A DNA stretch of 64,000 nucleotides, from positions 158,968,001-159,032,000 of the forward strand of contig OZ024743.1 of assembly GCA_964016885.1 (NCBI GenBank), given 5' to 3'. Within the stretch, counting starts at the first letter, position 1. Each line of letters begins with the position of its first letter. Shown here piece after piece: positions 55,574 through 64,000 of the stretch. The DNA comes from Eledone cirrhosa. Lineage: Eukaryota. The notes under the pieces were generated by a model. The model saw nothing but the letters and a program-made list of their open reading frames with translations. It searched no databases and was not told the origin of the DNA. Position numbers and translations under genes: made by a program.

Positions 55574-56990
55574 GGTGTGTGACTTATAATAATGAAAACC
55601 TAGTATATATTAACTATCAGTCCAATCACCCCCATTCTATATGCAAATCAATATCAGGTAACGTGTCTATTAAAATCTCCCGCCTATCATCCTCCCTAGA
55701 AATATTTAGTGAACATGCGAGTAGTACAACAGTGAATTACGTAAGGCTGGACGTAAGGATAAGCTAGAGTATAGAGCGAAAGCGAGATGATTAGATGCAC
55801 ACAACATCATAGGACCAGACGAAACTAACTCTATGATTAGCCGTAGTAACTCATACCACATAAAACACAACCGTAGGGATAAGAACATGTGGATAAGAAC
55901 ATGTGATCGATAGTGAGATGCATATACACACTCCACCCCTAAGGAATAGACGTAACATAAACTCTAAAAAGAACCCTAGTAACACCCAGTGACATCAACA
56001 ATAAGGGTTTGCAACAAGGTAATAGTATCTCATATCACCCCATCCTCACAGAAACTTCACACACCTGCGTCACAAAAAATCTAGAAGTAGAACAATCTGG
56101 TATAATCCGGTCTTTAATTCTGCAATGAAAACTAATCTATACCTAGTACTTTTCAATCTAATAGATAAGCATTTCCCCAAATCACACAAATATCACATAA
56201 TCTTTTACAGGAAAAACCATCAGGTTATTGTACTCGACCGCGATGAATCTTAATGCGTGTATAATGAGGCTTAACAAAAAACGTGTATCCAAGCATAATA
56301 ATACACGAGTCCCTAGCATATATTCTAACAAACCCCAATACACTAGTACACTCGCAACCGGCTAACCAACCTAAAACAACGAACCCACGAAGCATAATCA
56401 CATCTTCATCACAACCTAATCCAACTCGCACCGCATATAATATCTGACAACCTTTGCATAGAAAAATGGTCAACTGTAACTGCCCTCAACCGGATAGATG
56501 CCTCTCCAAAACAATATGCCAAGACATTAGCTTAGTATACTAATGCGCTATTAACTCTAGCAAACGTAAATGGAAATATATAGGGTCCATAGAGAAGGAT
56601 TCAAGGAACGTTGGTAAGTACATAGTCCAAACAGTACTAATCTAAGATTCGATCCACCCAACCATTCCACTCAGACATATATAAACTCTATCTCCTCATT
56701 TCCTTATTTTACCCCTCGAGTTAACATTGATGCTATTGAAAAAAACATTAAGCCAAATCTTATCGTAATGACCATAAACAATGGCACTTCCTTATCTATA
56801 AATCAAATAACACCCTTTCACAGCCATAGAAATCGGTGCACGCCAATAAGATACTAGGACCAATAGCTATTGGTCAATACAACAAACCACTTTCAACCAA
56901 TCAACAGCAAATCCCGTCGACACTGAAGAGCTACGCCCAGCCGAAATACCCACCAGAAACAAGTAGATAATAATAACCTCTAATTTTTCT
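55570..56990 (+). mobile_element. Decayed Naiad-type PLE
   Basis: NENLVYINYQSNHPHSICKSI..ISRLSS; WYNP-like and NCNC motifs downstream; hammerhead remnant CTGAAGA gct..agc c GAAA at ~56923-56946. Confidence 0.7.
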
Positions 56991-57658
56991 TACGAACTTA
57001 TACGCATACTTATTGTTTTTCTTTCCTTTTTAAGTCTTTCTTTTTTTATGCCTGCTTCTTCTATCAACACGTCTGTTTTGATAATTCGATATGCTGTGAG
57101 GAAATATTTTACCATAATTGAATACGATTGAATACGATTTTTTCCCAATATATTATCGGGATTAGTGATTTCTAGATGAGCATCTCTACGCTTTAATAAC
57201 ACATGCGTAAATATTATGAAATAAACCCTCATGGACAGTAAACTGGGAATCTGTGTGAATCTTTATCTAATTTTAATTATTCCATGGATTACTGGTTACG
57301 GAACCTTCTAAGTATCCCCTATGAACGACCTCCTGCAGTAACACTCTTGTTGAGTAGAAAACCACTGTATGCCGAGATCATCTGCGATCCAGGTTACTCT
57401 AACTCTTCAACTGAAGTAATAGAAAACGTTTACTAGTATACCTACACCTATATATATAGGTATACTAGTAATATATGTATATATAAATATACATATTGTT
57501 ATACATGGGGAGGGTCATATTGTTATAATATTGCCAGAAATATTAACAAAACACACTCACTGTTTGGTTTGGGTTGGTTTCACTTCTGTATCTTTTATAT
57601 CTTCATAGTTAATTCATCTGGCAATCAATGTTTATCATTGATTGACCAACGGTTAAAA

Positions 57659-57703
<45 letters not shown>

Positions 57704-57716
57704 GCCAAGGGAGAGA

Positions 57717-57758
57717 AGCTAACAGTCTGTTTCACGCTGGTTGGCGATCATCAGAGCC
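57717..57758 (-). ncRNA. Hammerhead ribozyme (family J, inverted copy)
   Basis: ggct-CTGATGA-tcgc caacca gcgt-GAAA-cag a ctg-TT-agct. Confidence 0.72.
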
Positions 57759-57849
57759 ACATACCCCCTGCTTCCGCCGAAAATTATAGAAGCTGGATTC
57801 TTATAGAATTCCAGTAATAATCAGGAGCTGATTATGCAGAGTGATGCGT

Positions 57850-57891
57850 GGCTCTGATGATAGCCAACCAGCGTGAAACAGACTGTTAGCT
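57850..57891 (+). ncRNA. Hammerhead ribozyme (family J)
   Basis: ggct-CTGATGA-tagc caacca gcgt-GAAA-cag a ctg-TT-agct. Confidence 0.72.
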
Positions 57892-58663
57892 TCTCTTCCT
57901 TCTTTCACCGAAAAGAATTAAGTGACATAGTCACTACTTTAAAACCGATAGCGTATGGTCTTCTAAATGTTTTTAATTAAACATACGGTATATTGCTAAA
58001 TATACTATACATACATTCATGTATACTTCGCTATTTCAGAGCACCAATCTTAATACCTATATATATATATATGAAAAGAGTCAGGACCCCGACGGCTGAG
58101 CTCCGGCCGTTTCGGCAGCTAGATTCCTTACCACACTTTATTTGTTATATATATATATATATAAATATGTGTGTGTATCTATGTGACTTAGTGGCTACGG
58201 TATATATGTATATGATGGTGTGTTGGTGAGTTGTGAGTGTTTATACAAACAAACGTATGTGTGTGTGTACGCCTTTTAATAATTCATTTAGAAAATTAAT
58301 GACTTTGAGAGGTATGTTAATCTAATTTATATTGCTGCTACCAATCTATATATACATCTCGACAGATCATTTATTTTGATTGATTTACCTGAATATATCA
58401 GTCAGCATGACCTCTCTTTATGATTGTCTGCACACATACAGACATGGATATATGCATGAAAACATACATACATACATATCTACATAATACAAAATACATA
58501 TATGCATACATATATATATATACAGATAACTACCTATAAACACACAGACACATATATATTGTATATATTTATATATATGTATATACTATATATATTATAG
58601 TGCATATACATGCATAAATCTCTCTCTCTCACTTTATATATATAATACACACACACACACATA

Positions 58664-58730
<67 letters not shown>

Positions 58731-58731
<1 letters not shown>

Positions 58732-58921
58732 ACGAAGGAAATGTGGTAAGGAACCAGGTGGACCATAACGCACCAAAGTACTCAATACTTAGGGTAGTAG
58801 AGTGGGTAATAGGAACCAGTAAGACCCCGACGGCTGAGCTCAAGCCGTTTCGACTGCTAATTCTGGACTGAATTAGCCGTCGAAACTTCTTGAGCTCAGC
58901 CGTCGGGGTCTTACTGGTTCC

Positions 58922-58924
<3 letters not shown>
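58731..58924 (-). mobile_element. Family F mini fold-back insertion
   Basis: Tail 58731-58808, then inverted arms ~58809-58868 and ~58871-58924; (TA)n flanks. Confidence 0.8.
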
Positions 58925-58959
<35 letters not shown>

Positions 58960-59002
58960 ATATATATGTGTCTGTGTGGTTATAGTAGTTATATGTATAT
59001 AT

Positions 59003-59985
59003 AAAGTGTAATGTTCGTCAATACAAGCCCTAGAGGCGAACTAGCTTACAGTTTTAGAAGGGCCCTAGACGAGCTCAAATAAAATATTAAGATAGTTGAA
59101 ATACCAGGTATTCTCATAAAACCCTAATTAGTAAAACATACCCATTTCAAAAATCATTCCCCCTGTGCTGATAGGAAATGCATAGTCTGCAAGCTAAGCC
59201 CGCAAACTAACTGCAAAACTAGGAACGTAGTATATAGCATAATATGGAGGAATAAGAATATAACATACATAGGTGAAACAGACTGTAGCATAAAAGTAAG
59301 GATAAGTGAACACTTGCTAGATCTCCAGGTAGGGAAAAATTGATCAGTACTCCGCCAACACGCCAAAATAGAACATAGGGGTACATTAGAGAACATAGAG
59401 ATAAACATTATATTCACACAGAAAAGATGCAATGCTCAGACAAATTACAGAGGCGACAACCATAAATGAACTCCAACCAAAATTAAACAGAAAACATGGG
59501 TGGAATAGCAACATCACAACTAGTAATTAAGGACAAAATGAAGACATACAGACACACACAAAAGCCAAACTAACAAAACAAATCAGACAACACACAAATA
59601 GAGCACACAACCAACTTGTGATAAATAAATAAACACATAAATAAATAAATAAAAACACACACACACCCGGATGTAACGCATGCGCAAACTAAGCACACAA
59701 CACACGACACACAAAACAAAATGGTGTAGGACAGAACAAAGGAGAGACACAAAATAAAAAACTAGTCACTGAGGAGGTCACAACGAAAGAGATTTGACAA
59801 TATATCAACAACCATCCGGTTATCGAACCAACCAACCGGAAATATATAATAAATTGAAGTGAAAACATACAGGTGCGTGTGTTTTTATTAACAGCATGAC
59901 CCTCACAAAGTATAACAATATCTGTTTCAACACACGTTTTCAGATAAGAAATCTTGCAAAACAAATTCAAAAACAAATATATATA
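59003..59985 (+). mobile_element. Decayed family-A-related PLE 3' part (GIY-YIG + UTR + tail)
   Basis: Aligns to 10296-11246 plus the A tail; hammerhead remnant gtca-CTGAGGA..GAAA..tgac at ~59765-59798. Confidence 0.85.
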
Positions 59986-60154
59986 TTCCCTCCTCCGTTT
60001 TCCCAATAACTTATCTAGTTATTGAACGCACTGGGGGTATATATATTGTCTTTAATGCGTTGAAATATCTGAGGCCCACATTAGACAACTGATGAGGAAA
60101 AACTTATTTTTAAGCCTACCTTATCTAGAAACTACACAGCCAATCCTCTTCTCC

Positions 60155-60210
<56 letters not shown>

Positions 60211-60215
60211 ATATA

Positions 60216-60482
60216 TAAATGGCTTCTACAGGACTAGAAATGTTTCATGCGGAGGAAATCATCAGAAAGCCGACTGTCAATGTAAATTTCTGGTATTTAC
60301 ATAAATACCAGAAACTGATAAATACCAGAAATTTACATTGACAGTCGGCTTCCTGATGATTTCCTCCGAATGAAACAGTTCTAGTCCTGTAGAAGCCATT
60401 TCTACATTAAATTACTTTTACTCTGCTATGTATTGAATACCTTACTTACTGTGGTTATCCCCGATTTAACCCGGGATCTACT

Positions 60483-60483
<1 letters not shown>
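60216..60483 (+). mobile_element. Mini fold-back E' (relative of the family C terminus) with two hammerheads
   Basis: Motifs at 60221-60271 (-) and 60347-60397 (+); tail only on the right. Confidence 0.85.
60347..60397 (+). ncRNA. Hammerhead ribozyme (E')
   Basis: ggcttc-CTGATGA-tttc ctcc gaat-GAAA-cag..ctg-TA-gaagcc. Confidence 0.88.
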
Positions 60484-60506
<23 letters not shown>

Positions 60507-60514
<8 letters not shown>

Positions 60515-60668
60515 TAACAGATTAAAGTTTAAGCAAAGAATCGCTGCTTTGCTTAAACTTTAATCTGTTATTTTAATAAATATTTGCTCTACGGTTCTTA
60601 TATATTTGATATATATTTTCCTTATCGAGCCCTCTTTGGATTTTAGTCTTCAATTTTCTTATTATTAC
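60507..60668 (+). mobile_element. Family G mini fold-back
   Basis: Hairpin ttaaaataacagattaaagtttaagcaaag / reverse complement, plus ~90 nt tail; same ends as 62237-62704. Confidence 0.8.
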
Positions 60669-60949
60669 TATATATATATGTATATATAAATGAACAGAAC
60701 TAGAATTTCATTTCTCGCTTTCATATAGCGGGTTATATAAATGTAGTTACGAGTTTTATATCGAATAATAATAATAAACAATATTCGATACGTTTGAAAG
60801 CAAACAGCTTCATACGCTATGGTTTTTTTATGACCACTGTCATAAAATTTGGGATTCACAGCGAATAAATACTTAATACCATAGTAGAGGGGAATGATAT
60901 TTATTAAAACTCTAGTGTTTCTGAGTTGTTGCTTGATGTTTCTCATTAC

Positions 60950-61151
60950 TGTCGACTAAATATGCTCTGCTGACAGTGCCAACATAAGTAGCTACTCCTA
61001 GAACTATTGTTAAAACACCTCTTTATCATAGATACTTAGTCAACTTAGTGTCGACTAAATATGCTCTGCTGACAGTGCCAACATAAGCAGCTACACATGG
61101 TACTCTAGCTAAAGCACCTCTTTTTTCATCGATATTTAATGGACTTAGTGT
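60950..61151. repeat. ~99-bp tandem duplication
   Basis: tgtcgactaaatatgctctgctgacagtgccaacataag at 60950 and 61049. Confidence 0.8.
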
Positions 61152-61296
61152 GGGGTGCAAGAAACTCAACCTTGAAAGAACCATTACATTGTGGAAGACT
61201 TTAGCAATTTATGTACACAGAACATCTTTATCCGCACATACTATAATTACTATAAAGTACTCTACTACAATTAGAGTATTATTGAGATAAATAAAG

Positions 61297-61420
61297 GGCG
61301 GTGGATTGGCACTATCGTTCGCATATCGTTACGACTTTGAACGTCCTGATTTCAAATCCTGTTGAGGTCAACGTTTCCTTCCGGCGTCGATAAAATAAGG
61401 TACCAGTTAAGTACTGGATC
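61297..61420 (+). mobile_element. tRNA-derived SINE type 1, decayed
   Basis: ggcggtggattggc..ttcaaatcctgttgaggtcaac..gtcgataaaataaggtaccag. Confidence 0.7.
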
Positions 61421-62156
61421 CATACAATCAGCTTTCGCATTCATCGAAATAACTAACTTTGTGCGAATGTTTAAAGGAATTACTTAGAGATAAACAGAAA
61501 TGAATTTAACGGTTTTGTCTATTTTAAAATAGAAAAAAAATGAGTCTTATGCGTGCGTGTTTGTATATATGTGTGCACGTGCATGTTTATGCTCATCACA
61601 TCAAATATTGATTGCATGAAACTTAATGCAGATATACATACAATATATTTTCAATTTATAGCTCTAGCAGTGGCATGCAAAGAATTGAAACAAATGATTA
61701 TATATCCCATGAAGTATATATAAACATTTGTTCTAAATAGCTTCTTTTTCTCTCTCCCTGCTTTGCATACTTCTCCCTCCCTCTTCTCTCTCTCTATCTC
61801 CCTCTATCTCTCTCTCTCTCACACACACACACATATATATATATATTATGCTGTAGTTAGATGGCTGTTTGGAAGTACAGCCATCTAAGGGCAACATAAT
61901 CTTTATGTGAGTACAGCAATATTCTAACACCTAAGTTCATGGTTTTAAATTTGTATTTCAATCTACATATTATTTGCTCTATATATTTGTACAAAATACT
62001 AGATTCTTTCTCAATTGATATATCCCCGTATATCGTTTACAAAATATGATATTATACATGATCTGAACAGATGTTTATTGGGTTTTTTACTGAGAAACAA
62101 TAATTATTGACATATATCTTATCCGTATTATACGTATTAATTAAACCAAAACTTAA

Positions 62157-62236
<80 letters not shown>

Positions 62237-62241
<5 letters not shown>

Positions 62242-62704
62242 TAAAATAACAGATTAAAGTTTAAGCAAAGAATCGGTGCTTTCACCCTTAACGGGATCTT
62301 CTGAAACTAACAAAGTCAATCTGTAAACGCAGAACTGGATATTTCAAAAAACGTTGCAGCCGGAGGAAGACAGGAAGACGATACTTTGGTTCGTGGTAAC
62401 GTTCGCTGGCAAAGAACGGGAAAAAACGAATAATACGTCATTAATAGGAGCGGTGAAAAATAATTACGCGCAAAGACAAAACCACGTTTATGGTATAAAA
62501 GAGGTCGTAGACTAATGTTCTCTTAGGTGGTGCATATAGACGTTCTCTGGCAATGAACGAAAAAACGAAGATAGCAGCGATTCTTTGCTTAAACTTTAAT
62601 CTGTTATTTTAATAAATATTTGCTCTACGGCTCTTATATATTTGATATATATTTTCCTTATCGAGCCCTCTTTGGATTTTAGTCTTCAATTTTATTATTA
62701 TTAC
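62237..62704 (+). mobile_element. Family G element with ~40-bp inverted ends and a one-sided tail
   Basis: 62237-62275 is the reverse complement of ~62578-62618; tail 62619-62704; (TA)n flanks. Confidence 0.78.
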
Positions 62705-63032
62705 TATATATATATATATATATAATTACATAATACACAACACAATATAATCATTCCATTATTTTTAATTGTGTACCTTGTCATATGTATTACAATATAT
62801 AATTAATATTGTTACTGTAATACTCTTCCATACGTGTCCTCTTGCAGTTGGTGTTTTCCTATCTTACCTCTATTGCACTCTTTACGGAACGACGAAACTT
62901 ACCTCTATTGCACTCTTTACGGAACGACGAAATCGACGAAAAAGTTTCAAGAAACTAGACGATTCTTACAGAAATGTCCAGTCCGTTCATCAGATAGACC
63001 ACCCACTTTCCTTTACATTTCTACGGAAATAC

Positions 63033-63121
<89 letters not shown>

Positions 63122-63126
<5 letters not shown>

Positions 63127-63352
63127 AACGAGTAGGACCCTGACGGCTCAGCTCAAGCCGTTTCGACGGCTAATTCTGGACTAATTGTGGACGGCTAATT
63201 CTGGACGGCTAATTCGGTCCAGAATTAGCCGTCGAAACGGCTTGAGCTCAGGCGTCGGGGTCCTACTCGTTCCTATTACCCACTTTACTACCCTAAGTAT
63301 TGACTACTTTGATACATTATGGTCCACCTGGTTCCTTACCACATTTCCTTCG

Positions 63353-63355
<3 letters not shown>
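63122..63355 (+). mobile_element. Family F mini fold-back insertion
   Basis: Arms 63122-63181 and ~63218-63275; tail 63276-63355. Confidence 0.82.
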
Positions 63356-63383
<28 letters not shown>

Positions 63384-63386
<3 letters not shown>

Positions 63387-63780
63387 GATATTAATAAATG
63401 GAAACTAGATTTATAAAACCATATTTATTTCATTATACATATTTCAGGGATACCAGATTAAATTCATCAGACAAAATACAATATATAACAGTTTTACAAA
63501 TAAGCTTTGACGTACCCTTTTAAAATGCGACCATTATTTTTGGAAGCCATCTGGAAGCTTATTTGTAAAACTGTTATATATTGTATTTTGTCTGATGAAG
63601 GCATACCATAATTTAATTTGGTATCCCTGAAATATGTATAATGAAATAAATATGGTTTTATAAATATAGTTTCCATTTATTAATATCGTATATCTACTCC
63701 AAATACTTGTCGAGTGCTTTATATCAGTTATAAAAATATTTACTTGTTGTATCCCAACAATTTTAAATAGAACTTTTGCA
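63384..63780 (+). mobile_element. Mini fold-back relative of the family B terminus
   Basis: Arms 63384-63506 and from 63556; tail ~63692-63780 matches the reverse complement of 26209-26294. Confidence 0.85.
63584..63648 (+). ncRNA. Hammerhead ribozyme (B relative)
   Basis: tattttgt-CTGATGA-agg c atacca..tggtat c cct-GAAA-tatgta-TA-atgaaata. Confidence 0.8.
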
Positions 63781-64000
63781 TATATATATATATATATATA
63801 TAATTACGGTAAATATCGATGCAATTCAATTCAAGCACTCAACGTACTTTTTCAACATAGGAATGACGGAGTATATGTAGAATAAGAAAATGCGAAGTAG
63901 TTTCAGGTGTTAAAGCCGTTTATTGATAAGGTTGTGATACATATTTCAATGACGACAGTGGCCAAGCGACTCCGCTTACCCAGTGCCATGATCTCATCAT

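Larger units (their letters stand above)
57700..58060. mobile_element. Non-coding fold-back element J with paired hammerheads
   Basis: 57713-57760 is the reverse complement of 57848-57895; TA flanks. Confidence 0.7.

Noticed and set aside
62271-62308. Hammerhead in family G (minus strand CAGAAGA tccc..gggt GAAA)
   Set aside because: Core U4 is altered and no UH cleavage site with stem I could be drawn; possible decayed motif only.
62862-62931. 35-bp tandem duplication (also 37-bp at ~1889-1960) as CRISPR-like repeats
   Set aside because: Only two adjacent units, no spacers, eukaryotic context.

Overview
AT-rich, microsatellite-rich animal DNA. The (TA)n/(CA)n load and SINE types suggest a cephalopod such as Octopus (inference). 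No host gene is supportable. The window is dominated by Penelope-like retroelements (PLEs; reverse transcriptase plus C-terminal GIY-YIG endonuclease) inserted in (TA)n tracts: Naiad-type families B, C, D and decayed copies, a second PLE type (A), and many short non-coding PLE ends (E'-K; letters are my own labels). Main observations: (1) nearly every insertion is a head-to-head inverted duplication in which one arm keeps a 60-110 nt 3' tail and the other stops at an internal TA-rich site, including a 6.3 kb near-perfect palindrome; (2) about 20 type I hammerhead ribozyme motifs from about 9 families sit at element 3' ends, with stem covariation and non-canonical cores (U3-A8, U10.1/U11.1, dimer-type stem III); (3) family C has a microsatellite-like 3' UTR that has taken nested insertions of B, D, A and an LTR, spreading two C copies over ~25 kb; (4) unrelated tails share an RCTC..GAGY hairpin; (5) a CCA-bearing 3' half of tRNA-Trp lies next to an LTR. 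RTE LINE fragments, a Tc1/mariner relic and tRNA-derived SINEs are also present. Everything was read by eye; boundaries may be off by a few nt.
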